Shown here: piece after piece, positions 19,223-28,976 of the stretch
How positions within the stretch are numbered: position 1 is the first letter of the stretch
How the letters are laid out: every line of letters begins with the position of its first letter
IMG/VR virus record: IMGVR_UViG_3300045282_000062
Coordinates: 1 to 60,447 of that record
Source of the DNA: a virus
Taxonomy: Duplodnaviria > Caudoviricetes
Direction: 5' to 3' (one strand)
Length of the DNA stretch: 60,447 bases
Notes under the pieces: model-generated
Database searches by the model: none
What the model was told of the DNA's origin: nothing
Seen by the model: only the letters and a program-made list of their open reading frames with translations
Made by a program: the position numbers and the translations under genes

Positions 19223-20371
19223 TTAACGGGGGTATCCATACGCATACGTATGTGGATCAGTAGGCTGATTAGTTAAATAATACATCAATGTGCCGTTCGT
19301 GTCATACAGCGGATCTGTAGTCTGATATGCGTCAGCAGGCTGCACCCACAGGGCGTAACGTTTGCTGATGATTACCTGCCAGCCACGGTTAACACTTTGG
19401 CTATTTCCAGCCACGGTCAGCGTAGTGGGGCAATCAATGTAGCGCATCTGCATATCAAAAATCAAATCACGCAGACAGTCATCAGCATTACAGCTGAAAA
19501 CTTCCACAGGCATAGGCAGCATCGTGAAAAAAGACGTGCCTTTAGGGCCGGCGCCCCATCCCTGATAGGCGTTACGGCCAATAAATTTCACGCTGCCAGG
19601 GGCAAACAGGCCTGCTGTATCCGGTCCCCAAATCTGCTGCGTATCCTTATCGAAAAAGAACTTTGGCAAACCGGTTTTGGAAAAATCCATGCCGGCCGCA
19701 TTGCAGCACTGAAGCAATTGCGATGCATTCCACGCGGACCATAATCCACCGCCTACCAGGCACGGATCACCGCAGATTTCATTTTCCTGAATATCGCGTA
19801 GCATATCAATAATGCCGTTATCCAAAACGAATTTTGCGCCATCCTGATCCACATTTATCACCTTACCATGGCTTTGGCCAGTGGTCACATTCACACCGAA
19901 ACGGGTCAGCATCTGTGTCACCAGATCCTGATTGATAGCGCGCATTACCACATTTGCAGTTTCATACATGCGTTCGTACACTTCGCGCATTACAGTGGTG
20001 GGCGGGCGTCCTGCCTGCCGGCTGCTGGCGAAATCAGCACAATACTGCGCCATGGTGGCGTCATCGATGAAAAAAGAAGATTTTTTAAACCCTAAATTTG
20101 GCAGGGTCCATTCCAAATAGGACGGAATGCGGTCCACATTACAATCATCCGTAGATGATACCTGACTAACTACAGGGCGTTTGGTGTACGATACAGTCAG
20201 CGGGCGGATGTTGGGGCCATCGAAACCGCTATTGACAGGATTTACTAACGAATTCTGGCAACAAAAGAGCATTGCCAGGAAACCGGCAATTTGCATTTTA
20301 CGGCCCGGGGCGTTTCCTTCAGCAACATCATTTATGCTGGTAAGTAGCGCAGGGCAAAAGCCTTGTGACAT
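19223..20371 (-). CDS. Putative major capsid protein (Cys-rich)
   Basis: 382 aa, downstream of a scaffold-like gene; 12 Cys. Confidence 0.72.
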   Translation of the reverse strand: MSQGFCPALLTSINDVAEGNAPGRKMQIAGFLAMLFCCQNSLVNPVNSGFDGPNIRPLTVSYTKRPVVSQVSSTDDCNVDRIPSYLEWTLPNLGFKKSSFFIDDATMAQYCADFASSRQAGRPPTTVMREVYERMYETANVVMRAINQDLVTQMLTRFGVNVTTGQSHGKVINVDQDGAKFVLDNGIIDMLRDIQENEICGDPCLVGGGLWSAWNASQLLQCCNAAGMDFSKTGLPKFFFDKDTQQIWGPDTAGLFAPGSVKFIGRNAYQGWGAGPKGTSFFTMLPMPVEVFSCNADDCLRDLIFDMQMRYIDCPTTLTVAGNSQSVNRGWQVIISKRYALWVQPADAYQTTDPLYDTNGTLMYYLTNQPTDPHTYAYGYPR

Positions 20372-20422
20372 ATCAATAAATTTTAGGTATGGTAAATAAA
20401 TGTATTTCTAACTGTCTGAAGG

Positions 20423-21418
20423 TTAGACGACTGAAGCGGATGGGGCTGTGGCTACGTTTTTCATAACGTCACCCATAACCTCTTTCCACACAGATCCTGC
20501 GCCCTTATCGGGGCTATTCTGATTGTTGCCAGCGGCATTATTCCGGCCGTTTTGGTTGCCATTGTTGCCCGCGGCATTAGTCGGGCCTGAAGTGCCATTA
20601 TTGTTGCCAGCCCCATTCTGGCCATTGGGTGGGGTAATCAAAAGTAATTTATTGTTAGCCAGTACTTTTTCAGTGTACTGCTGTGCATTTACTTGTTCAT
20701 TATTTTCGTGGTAGGTGCTGCCATCTACTTTGGTCAAAACTACGCTACCTGCGTCATCAAAATCGAATTTCAACCCCTTCGCCCGCATATCATCCTGTAG
20801 TAAAGTTTGCAGGGCTATACGCTTTGCGGCTGGTGGCAGGGTGTCAAATGTTGTTTTATGGGGCGATAACATGGAATCAATTGCATACCGCAATTCCACG
20901 TTTTTAATGTCTTTTTTATTGCTTTCAATCAGCGCATCGTGCCGTTGTTTGGCCTGCACGATTTCCTGGTTTAGCCTTATGATGTCATCCTGTAGCGTCT
21001 TTTTATCGCCGCTGCCAGCGGTCGCCAGCTTTTCATATTTCTTTTTCAGCTGCGCACCGAGTACGCCGATCTTCTTAAATGAATTTTTTTCCGCAGCGAT
21101 GGCGTTTTTGTCATCATCTTCAGTCAGTCCCAATTCGCCCAAAAGATCATCAATAGTTTTATCCACCGCGTTTAGGGTGGGCGCCACGTAATGATTTTTC
21201 AGATCCTGGTGATTGTTTTTGGCTTCCGAAATGCTGATCAGCTGCGCATTGATTGTTTTAACCACATCTTCAGGTACATCGATTGCAGTCAGGGCGTCAC
21301 TTCCGAAAAATGCTTTGAATTTATCATCTTCCGTATTGATTCCACTTTTCTTTGCAATGTTCTTTAAAATATCCTGAAGATTCATACTACTTTTTTGGTT
21401 TTGGTTTTGGACGGCCAC
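20423..21418 (-). CDS. Putative capsid scaffolding protein
   Basis: Charged coiled coil with a low-complexity Asn/Gly tail; precedes the capsid gene. Confidence 0.68.
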   Translation of the reverse strand: MAVQNQNQKSSMNLQDILKNIAKKSGINTEDDKFKAFFGSDALTAIDVPEDVVKTINAQLISISEAKNNHQDLKNHYVAPTLNAVDKTIDDLLGELGLTEDDDKNAIAAEKNSFKKIGVLGAQLKKKYEKLATAGSGDKKTLQDDIIRLNQEIVQAKQRHDALIESNKKDIKNVELRYAIDSMLSPHKTTFDTLPPAAKRIALQTLLQDDMRAKGLKFDFDDAGSVVLTKVDGSTYHENNEQVNAQQYTEKVLANNKLLLITPPNGQNGAGNNNGTSGPTNAAGNNGNQNGRNNAAGNNQNSPDKGAGSVWKEVMGDVMKNVATAPSASVV

Positions 21419-21449
21419 AGCCTTTACAATATATCATAACAAACTGATT

Positions 21450-21896
21450 TTAAATATCTTCAGTCACAGTGGCTTCAGTCAGATCACGGACAGGTTCAGG
21501 CTGCTTTTTATGGCTTCTTTTAGCTGGTTCAGACTGCTGCACTGGCGCTGCTTTTGCTGCTGCGGGCATTAAATCAGGCACCTGCGTCTGTGCTGGTGCA
21601 TTAGTTTCGCCGCGCAATTCAGCCAGTATTTCTGCCTTCAATTCTGCCCGTAAATCTTCAGCTGTTTTCTGCCGGCCTGTATAGACTGGTATTTCTTCCT
21701 GGAAATCTTCAATTTCATGGCAAAGTTCAGGGCGCCCGGTTATTTTGAATTCTTCATTTTCCCGGCGCAGATGTTGTTCAGCAGATTTCGGTGCAATAGT
21801 TTCTTTGAAAACTACCTGCCGATTGTCATCGTACATCAGCTGCACCCCATTTGTAGTGCGTGGTGTTAGCACTCTGATTTTCTTCCCATTAATCAT
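21450..21896 (-). CDS. Hypothetical head-module protein
   Basis: TACATTTG promoter-like box just upstream of the start codon. Confidence 0.65.
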   Translation of the reverse strand: MINGKKIRVLTPRTTNGVQLMYDDNRQVVFKETIAPKSAEQHLRRENEEFKITGRPELCHEIEDFQEEIPVYTGRQKTAEDLRAELKAEILAELRGETNAPAQTQVPDLMPAAAKAAPVQQSEPAKRSHKKQPEPVRDLTEATVTEDI

Positions 21897-22004
21897 ATTA
21901 GGTCAAATGTAGATAGGAATTTTTTGAAAATGAACAACAATACAAAAAATACCTGTATCAATGATATCAAAAATATTTTTCGTATTATCGTGTAAAATCT
22001 ATTT

Positions 22005-22196
22005 ATGAAATTCGTCTACCAGCCAGATGATGAAGCGCGTGAAATCATTTTGAATCATCAAAACGAAATGAAGTTAATGCGTGGTGCAAAAACTTTTGGG
22101 TGTGCATCCATCATAGACAGGATCGTAAAGGAATGGGCCAAATGTAGAAATGGTGAATTGATACCAAAGCCCTATAGAAAAAATGCCGCCCCGTAA
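22005..22196 (+). CDS. Small ribbon-helix-helix-like regulator
   Basis: Short beta strand plus two helices; divergent from the head genes. Confidence 0.45.
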   Translation: MKFVYQPDDEAREIILNHQNEMKLMRGAKTFGCASIIDRIVKEWAKCRNGELIPKPYRKNAAP

Positions 22197-22197
22197 A

Positions 22198-22225
22198 AAA
22201 GCCCCGCATAGAAATGCAGGGCTTT
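22198..22225. terminator. Bidirectional terminator
   Basis: AAAGCCCcGCAT-AGAA-ATGCaGGGCTTT between convergent genes. Confidence 0.65.
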
Positions 22226-22252
22226 GAAACTTCAATAGACGTACTAAAATAT

Positions 22253-22918
22253 TTACGACTGCCGCAGGTCGAATGTTTTAAAAGTTTCCAGGTCAGGGAA
22301 TGCATTTGAATTTTTTCGCATCACGCAAAGTATATTCCACCCGTCTGTAGTATTTCCCATCGCCGGTATTTGATCAATCAGTATAATTTCCAACCCCGCA
22401 TAGCACGCCAGCCGGTAATAAAACTCTTTTGTGTACCATTGAAAACCATGCCCGGGCCAGTTACCTGTTTTCGGATTTTCGGAAATGATCACGCCGTCAA
22501 TTTTGCAAAGGTGAAATTTAATCTGCCAGCAATGGTAAATAGCTTCCCAATCAAATTTGCCGTCTATGCCCACATGTTCAGACGTGCCAAAGTCTGTGAC
22601 TAAATCACGCTGGTAAAATTTTACATTTTGAAACGCTATCAAATTTGGTAGCCCTTCAAATGCTGCGCGGCCTAAATCAATTGGCCATGCGCCATTTTCC
22701 TGACTTAAATCGATTGCATTGTAATTAAGCCCCCGGGCTTCATACCAGGATTTCATATAAGGTGCTGGCAAATGTGGCTGCGCATAATTATTTTGCGCGC
22801 CTAACTCAATAACGCTTTTCGGCTGATAGTTTTTGATCAGCGTTTCTAAAATCGGAATATCTGCGGATGTCACGCCCATGGTATTTATTTTTAAATTTAA
22901 GGTAATGCAAAAAAGCAA
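22253..22918 (-). CDS. Class I SAM-dependent methyltransferase-like protein (start may be 22879)
   Basis: VIELGA motif I, DLVTDFGTSEHV. Confidence 0.72.
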   Translation of the reverse strand: MLFCITLNLKINTMGVTSADIPILETLIKNYQPKSVIELGAQNNYAQPHLPAPYMKSWYEARGLNYNAIDLSQENGAWPIDLGRAAFEGLPNLIAFQNVKFYQRDLVTDFGTSEHVGIDGKFDWEAIYHCWQIKFHLCKIDGVIISENPKTGNWPGHGFQWYTKEFYYRLACYAGLEIILIDQIPAMGNTTDGWNILCVMRKNSNAFPDLETFKTFDLRQS

Positions 22919-23565
22919 TCATGGCACGGCGGATGAATTTCTAAAATCTTTTCACGCCAATCTGCGCCGGGGTTATCTAAATAAATTTTCGTATCCAGCC
23001 CGCTGCCAATACAGCACGGGTATATTTTACCGTCCACATAGGCCACCGTTTCACTGGTGCCCCGGTCACACATCTTTGTGCCCGGGCGTGCGCTGCGGTC
23101 CATGTGCGTGATTTCACCTACATGTACTTTGATATTATCATAGCAGGGCCACCAATCAGCCACGTAGTTTTCAAAAGTGTTTATGATGTGTAGATTATCT
23201 TTGAAACCAGGATAAAAATTTTCTTTGTAGTGGCTGAAATAGATTTCATCAAAGCCCGTGAAATATGTAGGTCCGTATTTTTCTAAACCAAATCCATTTG
23301 TTTCTATGGTCAGTTTTTTACAATGAAAAATATTTTTCAGTATTGGCACCCACTCATTAAAATGTGGATGCATCGATGGTTCACCGCCAGTTAGGTGGAT
23401 GCGTTCAATACCATGAAATAATTCAGCAGCATGTAAAATATATGCCCAATCATAAAAATGCTTGTCCTTATTTTGCATGTGCGTGATATTACAGCAGCAA
23501 TCAGGGCATTTCATATTGCAGAAAGTAGATAGCGAAAAATTTATATTTGTGATGGGCTGTCTCAT
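22897..23565 (-). CDS. Radical SAM protein with a SPASM/twitch-like tail
   Basis: CNMKCPDC, LTGGEP, IETNG, DGKIYPCC, CHDC. Confidence 0.9.
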   Translation of the reverse strand: MRQPITNINFSLSTFCNMKCPDCCCNITHMQNKDKHFYDWAYILHAAELFHGIERIHLTGGEPSMHPHFNEWVPILKNIFHCKKLTIETNGFGLEKYGPTYFTGFDEIYFSHYKENFYPGFKDNLHIINTFENYVADWWPCYDNIKVHVGEITHMDRSARPGTKMCDRGTSETVAYVDGKIYPCCIGSGLDTKIYLDNPGADWREKILEIHPPCHDCFFALP

Positions 23566-24290
23566 AGTGGCTGATCCACCCCCTTATTTATCCATTCGTA
23601 ATGCCGCCCAAATTCACCAGTGCTATCATGCGGCTGATATACCAGCCATCCATAGGGCAGCATAGGAATGTTATATTTATAGCAAAGTACTGATAAAATC
23701 GCCTGATCATGGCGATGACCTTTGTAGCCGATACGGTCACTGCCGTAATCCTGGAAAGACACGCCGCTGTAGGCGGCTGCATACCACTCATTAAAGATTT
23801 GCAGGCCCATTGGATTGTCTAAATCGAAACACAGGACGCAGGCCATGATTTGTTCCATCTTCGTCAGATCCGCATTACGATAGCCTAAATGATTCAGCGC
23901 TTTGTCACTGATCCAATTCCACAGCGGATGGCCTAAATTATGAAAGACGGCCACACCATGTTGCGCTGCCTGCGCCAGTGTGTGCGTGGGTATCTTTGCC
24001 ATGCATATAGTTGAATCAGCCCAAATGATTTTCCTGTAGCCTGCGTCAGCTGCTTTTTTAATGATGTCAGGTTTGAAACCATACGGAATTTCAGCATGGT
24101 TATAGATGCCCGGGTATTTACCCAATTCCAATTTGATGCCCTGGTATTCATCGCAATCACCGTCCAGTGATAACACCATATAATCGCCGTCCCATCCTGC
24201 TTTAACGCAGGACCGGATCATGCGCAGCTGCGCTTTGTTATAATTTTCCCGGCCTTTGGACGCAAACGAAACAATACATTTATCTGACAT
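23562..24290 (-). CDS. GT-A-like nucleotide-sugar transferase
   Basis: YGFKP, IIWADS, HRHDQAILS. Confidence 0.7.
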   Translation of the reverse strand: MSDKCIVSFASKGRENYNKAQLRMIRSCVKAGWDGDYMVLSLDGDCDEYQGIKLELGKYPGIYNHAEIPYGFKPDIIKKAADAGYRKIIWADSTICMAKIPTHTLAQAAQHGVAVFHNLGHPLWNWISDKALNHLGYRNADLTKMEQIMACVLCFDLDNPMGLQIFNEWYAAAYSGVSFQDYGSDRIGYKGHRHDQAILSVLCYKYNIPMLPYGWLVYQPHDSTGEFGRHYEWINKGVDQPL

Positions 24291-24885
24291 AAATTAAATT
24301 CTCACTGTTTTTATGATACAATCGAAAACCAAAGCGCTGCGCCACTGAATCAAATTTATCCTGATCCTTACCATTGAATTCGACGCACAGGCATCTGCAT
24401 TCCATAGCGTCAAAATTGATTTCACCCATGATGAATAAGTCAAAACCTTCAGCATCTATAGAAATGAAATCGAATTTTTTATACGGCGAAGTCACTAGCA
24501 TGGATTGAATAGTAGCCGTTTCGACTGTGATTTCCTTAAACTCTGTACCGGGCCATCTTTCTTTTTCTTTTGGTATTAATGTACTCAATAATGCCGTGTC
24601 ACCTTTGCCCAAATGCGCCCCCATTTCATGGAACGGTTCAATGCCTATCCGGTCCGCTATGGCTGCATTGAATAACCAAACACGATCTACACCGCGATAT
24701 AAATTATAAAGTTTTTGAAATGTTACGGGCGATGGTTCAACCAATGCGCCCCGCCAGCCACGTTCTATTAAATACCGGCTATTAGACAGCGTGATGCCGT
24801 CATTAGCGCCGATATCCAGCAGCGTGCCTTTGAAACCTCCGAAATACCGGCTAACTATTTCATCTTCGTTATTCTGTGCGTACAT
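24280..24885 (-). CDS. FkbM-family methyltransferase
   Basis: YAQNNED, LLDIGANDG, LVEP, ISIDAEGFD. Confidence 0.88.
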   Translation of the reverse strand: MYAQNNEDEIVSRYFGGFKGTLLDIGANDGITLSNSRYLIERGWRGALVEPSPVTFQKLYNLYRGVDRVWLFNAAIADRIGIEPFHEMGAHLGKGDTALLSTLIPKEKERWPGTEFKEITVETATIQSMLVTSPYKKFDFISIDAEGFDLFIMGEINFDAMECRCLCVEFNGKDQDKFDSVAQRFGFRLYHKNSENLIYVR

Positions 24886-24890
24886 CGAAA

Positions 24891-25511
24891 TTATTTATTT
24901 GTGACAAATCTATAAAAGTACATTGGAAAATCAGCTGTGCATGAATACCGTTGCATAAATTCACGGATTGCTGTGCCTATCGTGGCTTCCGTTTTAATCG
25001 CCTGCGCTTTATTTATCGCCACAGCAAAACTATAATCTTCATGCATCGATATTTCAGGAAATGGAAACTGAATGGCGATACTGCGCCGGATAGGGGCTAT
25101 GTGATTTTGATAGCGCAGGTAAATTGTTTTTCCGCGCTTGTCACGGCTGGCACAGTAGGGATTATCTTTTGCAATAAACCATTTTGTTTCCAGGCGTCCG
25201 TTTGTTGTCATAACGCCATTCATGGCGATGGCGTCAGGATCTGACTGAATAGCTTCTAATATTTTTGCCACATAGTAATGCGGCACTGTGTCATCATCAT
25301 CCACACTGACCACGTATTTACCTACAGCACGATTGTATAATATATTCCGCTTCCTACCTGTAGGCATTTCGCCATCATCGATTTCCACTAGTATTTCTAC
25401 GCGGTCCTTTGCATCAGCTAAAACTATCTGGCTTTCCAAATCACGCAGCAGCCGTGCCAGCATGCCAGCCCTTTTATTCATCGTGCAGATGCAAATAGAA
25501 AGTTCAATCAT
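24891..25511 (-). CDS. GT2-family glycosyltransferase
   Basis: LSICICT, GRKRN, VSVDDDD, HEDY. Confidence 0.85.
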   Translation of the reverse strand: MIELSICICTMNKRAGMLARLLRDLESQIVLADAKDRVEILVEIDDGEMPTGRKRNILYNRAVGKYVVSVDDDDTVPHYYVAKILEAIQSDPDAIAMNGVMTTNGRLETKWFIAKDNPYCASRDKRGKTIYLRYQNHIAPIRRSIAIQFPFPEISMHEDYSFAVAINKAQAIKTEATIGTAIREFMQRYSCTADFPMYFYRFVTNK

Positions 25512-26176
25512 TTCGGTAAATAAAAATTAAAACGTTTACGGGCTTCAAATGTCTTTTTATCTATGGCCCACAGCGATTGTGTGTAGGCCAGCTGTGCGTC
25601 CACCTCTAGCCCGGCCACATTCGCCGGGTGCATGTGTCTGTAGAAACTGGTAGGCGCCTGCCATAGCCTTCCTAATTGCTTTGCGACTATTATAGCCTCT
25701 TCATCACAGAATAAGGATTTATAGGCGTGGTGATATATGTAGTGGGTCCGATCATAGTAAATTTTATCCATGATGGGCAGCGTCAGAATGCCTGTAGTAA
25801 ATCCATCAGGATATTGCAGCACGCCATCACCATCAGGAAATTCACGATTGAAATCATCTATGATTAGTTTGTCAAAACCTGTGTAATCAATTTGCATATC
25901 ATCGCTGGTTAGCATGATGATCCGCCAGCCACTTTCAGGCACGCCACGGTTCACTGCATCGATCTTATTAAATGAATGCCCCCAATCCACGGACACCAGC
26001 GGACCGAATGCCGCTAATTTTTCACGCATTTCCAGGGTATTGGTTAAATAGTCATTTTTATCCAGCGTCAGCAGGATATGATACTGATCAGTCACAGCAT
26101 GATCGATAATATTTTGAATACAGGCCAGTAATTTGCGTGGGCGTGAACGGGAAGGAAATTTTATTAATAATTCCAT
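25508..26176 (-). CDS. GT2-like glycosyltransferase
   Basis: KFPSRSRP, KIDAVN, LTSDDM, LFCDEE. Confidence 0.78.
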   Translation of the reverse strand: MELLIKFPSRSRPRKLLACIQNIIDHAVTDQYHILLTLDKNDYLTNTLEMREKLAAFGPLVSVDWGHSFNKIDAVNRGVPESGWRIIMLTSDDMQIDYTGFDKLIIDDFNREFPDGDGVLQYPDGFTTGILTLPIMDKIYYDRTHYIYHHAYKSLFCDEEAIIVAKQLGRLWQAPTSFYRHMHPANVAGLEVDAQLAYTQSLWAIDKKTFEARKRFNFYLPK

Positions 26177-26556
26177 AGTCTTTTCCAGAATGATTTTTTA
26201 GGCGCTGGTTTTGTCGGAATGTTTTTCACGTATTCATCATAGGGTGAATAGTTTGCAGGTATCGGATTTTTACAAATGAAAAATACCATTGTATAATTGC
26301 TGTCACTTTTTTCGCGTTCAAGTATATGCCAGCCAGCTTTAACATAACTGTCCAGTACCTGAAAAATAGATGCCATATTACCGCGGAAATACTGCATATC
26401 AAAATTTAGCCAACATATTCTGCCTTCATTCAGCGATTCACTGAATGTGACTATATCGCGGTCCACTTTGCGCCTGATTTCTTTTTTAATCGCAGCTATG
26501 CGCGCCAGTTTAGTCATGCGCACTTTTTCGCCGGTCAGGTCACTAGGTTTAATCAT
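26164..26556 (-). CDS. Hypothetical protein
   Basis: Coupled ORF between the regulator and the GT cluster. Confidence 0.6.
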   Translation of the reverse strand: MIKPSDLTGEKVRMTKLARIAAIKKEIRRKVDRDIVTFSESLNEGRICWLNFDMQYFRGNMASIFQVLDSYVKAGWHILEREKSDSNYTMVFFICKNPIPANYSPYDEYVKNIPTKPAPKKSFWKRLWNY

Positions 26557-26744
26557 TTCTTATTCTTTGGCAGTGGTGTACTGACCACATGATCTTCAAT
26601 AATTTTACCTAAATATTGTTTCGTGCTGCGCTTATCGGCTGCCGCCAGGGCGTCTAATTTATCCAAAAGATCATTGCGCACGTCCACTGTTTTAGGCTGA
26701 AAACCAGCCTGTTTTTGAATTTTGTAATAGTTTGGTGTAGGCAT
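26553..26744 (-). CDS. Ribbon-helix-helix (Arc/CopG-like) repressor candidate
   Basis: KTVDV strand, NDLLDKLDALAAAD and RSTKQYLGKIIEDHV helices. Confidence 0.7.
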   Translation of the reverse strand: MPTPNYYKIQKQAGFQPKTVDVRNDLLDKLDALAAADKRSTKQYLGKIIEDHVVSTPLPKNKK

Positions 26745-26752
26745 AATGGGGC

Positions 26753-26827
26753 TAAAGATAGTACTTTTTTGATACCAAAAAAATTTTTGAAATAAATTTG
26801 GTTAGTACTAAAAAAGTACTATCTTTA
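26753..26827. promoter_or_regulatory. Divergent promoter pair with AGTACT operators and an 18-bp inverted repeat
   Basis: TTTG(26797)-N19-TATCTTTA(26820) on plus; TATCTTTA at 26760..26753 on minus; 26753-26770 is the reverse complement of 26810-26827. Confidence 0.8.
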
Positions 26828-26836
26828 CATATCAGA

Positions 26837-27037
26837 ATGAAAAAGGAAAAACAAATACAGGATATAATTGATAAGCTTAATAGTGGCGTAGTATTTCAAA
26901 ATGATGTAGCCGATTATCAATTTATCCAAAAGAAAGACGGCCTGATGTTATTGTTTTCAAATGGTCACTACACATTTTTTACGGACCAAATAAAATTCGC
27001 AAAAAAGATTTTAAAAGCCATGAACGGGCAAATGTAA
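26837..27037 (+). CDS. Early hypothetical protein (likely start 26837)
   Basis: First ATG after the plus-strand promoter. Confidence 0.6.
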   Translation: MKKEKQIQDIIDKLNSGVVFQNDVADYQFIQKKDGLMLLFSNGHYTFFTDQIKFAKKILKAMNGQM

Positions 27038-27094
27038 TAACGGACGGTAAAAACAAGGGGCGCCCATGGCCCCTAAATTTTAAAAACAATCAAA

Positions 27095-27472
27095 ATGACA
27101 ACAGATAACAAGCATCCTAAAACTGTAACCGATTTTGACGGCCACGTAAGAAATATTAAAGACTATCAAAAAAGTCTTATGGATTACCCATCCCTTGTCC
27201 ATAAGGTTATGGCTGATGATGGAAGCACTCACTTAGTCGGCATTACTTTAAGAACGCAAAAGTGTGGTTGCGAAATTGTTGGATGTGGAACTTTGCAATT
27301 TCCGGTAACAATAAAATACTGCCCTTTACATTCAGCCGCACCGGATATGCTGGAAGCGTTGAAAGAGGCCGAAAGCAGGCTGGAACATGGTGATTTTTAT
27401 AAAACATCACCGCTGCTTATTCCATTAATGAAGCAAATCAAAGCAGCCATTTACAATGCAGAAAAAAAATAA
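27095..27472 (+). CDS. Early hypothetical protein
   Basis: CGC...YCPLHSAAPDMLEALK; AAPD-LLEAL-type phage motif. Confidence 0.65.
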   Translation: MTTDNKHPKTVTDFDGHVRNIKDYQKSLMDYPSLVHKVMADDGSTHLVGITLRTQKCGCEIVGCGTLQFPVTIKYCPLHSAAPDMLEALKEAESRLEHGDFYKTSPLLIPLMKQIKAAIYNAEKK

Positions 27473-27653
27473 ATTGATTCGTTCTATTCTTGATCCAAAG
27501 GCAGACTTAACGGGGGTTTGCTATAATTGCTTAAACGGGGCTCACTCTATTTGTGAACACAAGGGGTGTACTTGTAAGAAAAATAAACATAAACCGTGGT
27601 GGTGGAAGCCAGTACCTCCAAAGCACAGGAACAAACAATAAACCAATAGAATC

Positions 27654-27872
27654 ATGCTACTATTTCAGAAAATAAACGGCAAATTTGAAGTCATCCAATG
27701 TGATGACGCGGCAATGTCATTCACTGAAAAAATACGTGAATTAAAAACTACATGGCTCAAAGATGATAATGTAGCGGAAATTGAACAAATCAACTATCAA
27801 AACGGCGACACCAGCATGCGCCTGAAAGATCGGACCGGTAAAATAATCACAGAATATAAATTGACCCACTAA
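27654..27872 (+). CDS. Early hypothetical protein
   Basis: ORF in the plus-strand operon. Confidence 0.55.
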   Translation: MLLFQKINGKFEVIQCDDAAMSFTEKIRELKTTWLKDDNVAEIEQINYQNGDTSMRLKDRTGKIITEYKLTH

Positions 27873-28133
27873 ATGGAAAAGCCTAAATTAAAAATTCAAA
27901 AAACCACGCTGCCACCAGCGCAGCCGTCTTTCAATCACGTATTTCAGAATACGCAGGACAAGCCCAAAAACCAAATCGATTTGGGCCGCGCATTTGATCA
28001 GCTGAAAAACCGGCTGATTGCAGCTGGCGTTATCGCGCTAATTTGTTTCACCGTTTCCTGTGCAGGCGGCCATGCATACGCTGGCGGTCCGTGCAGCGCA
28101 AACAAAAACATGGTGGGCTATGGCGGAAAATAA
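27873..28133 (+). CDS. Early membrane/lipoprotein-like protein
   Basis: Hydrophobic stretch ending in VSC. Confidence 0.55.
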   Translation: MEKPKLKIQKTTLPPAQPSFNHVFQNTQDKPKNQIDLGRAFDQLKNRLIAAGVIALICFTVSCAGGHAYAGGPCSANKNMVGYGGK

Positions 28134-28359
28134 ATCTATACACGAATTCACCCCGGCCGAAATCGAAACAATCAACGCCCTGAAGGAAGTAACAAACGGC
28201 ACCATTTGGGGTAGTGCTATCCATAATTTTTTGCACAGCGATTTCAGCCGATCAGATTTTTGGATTTTAATCCGTGATTTGCGCAGCCAGAATATGGACA
28301 GCCCTAGTGTGATGCAGGAAATTTTAGGGCCAGCATACCCAAAAGTAATAACGTTATGA
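28060..28359 (+). CDS. Early hypothetical protein (start probably 28120)
   Basis: Coupled ORF. Confidence 0.5.
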   Translation: MQAAMHTLAVRAAQTKTWWAMAENKSIHEFTPAEIETINALKEVTNGTIWGSAIHNFLHSDFSRSDFWILIRDLRSQNMDSPSVMQEILGPAYPKVITL

Positions 28360-28751
28360 AAAAAATATTATCCGCATTCCTGATGGCTGCTATAGTCATC
28401 AGCTGCACAAAATCAAACGACAAACCTAGTGGCCCGGATAATTCCGGCTACAGGATCTATTTAAAGGCGTCTGCGCCCGCGCAGTTCACGTCACTGGAAA
28501 CATCAGTGCTAAGTGATAAGCAGCCCGTAAAAGGCAATTTCCCCACAGCTAATGCGGTCCTGTACACATCTGTAGGCGAAAATGCTGATATCATAGTGGG
28601 CACCAGCAGCCCCGCTACAGGTTATCATATTCTGATTGAACAAAACCTGGCTGTTTTAAAGCAGTACGATATCACGATGGCCGCCAGCGTAATCAAGTTT
28701 GAAAACGTAAACCCGGCCAAGGGTGATATTTGGATTTATCTGGAAAAATGA
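28356..28751 (+). CDS. Lipoprotein
   Basis: MKKILSAFLMAAIVIS-C lipobox followed by KSNDK. Confidence 0.75.
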   Translation: MKKILSAFLMAAIVISCTKSNDKPSGPDNSGYRIYLKASAPAQFTSLETSVLSDKQPVKGNFPTANAVLYTSVGENADIIVGTSSPATGYHILIEQNLAVLKQYDITMAASVIKFENVNPAKGDIWIYLEK

Positions 28752-28976
28752 CAAAGCAGGAAAAACAAAAACAGGACGCATCGCAGGCGCTGATCATGGC
28801 GGCCATTTTATTATTGCAGTCAGGCATTGAAGTATTGCAGGGTGAATTCAAATTTAATGGCCGTCCATACGAAATAATTATAAAACCGGCCTTTGATCCG
28901 GGTCCAATAAAAAACCCCATCAACTAAATGACAGGGTTTACTTTTTTCTAATCGGACAAAATCAAAGAAAGTTCTT

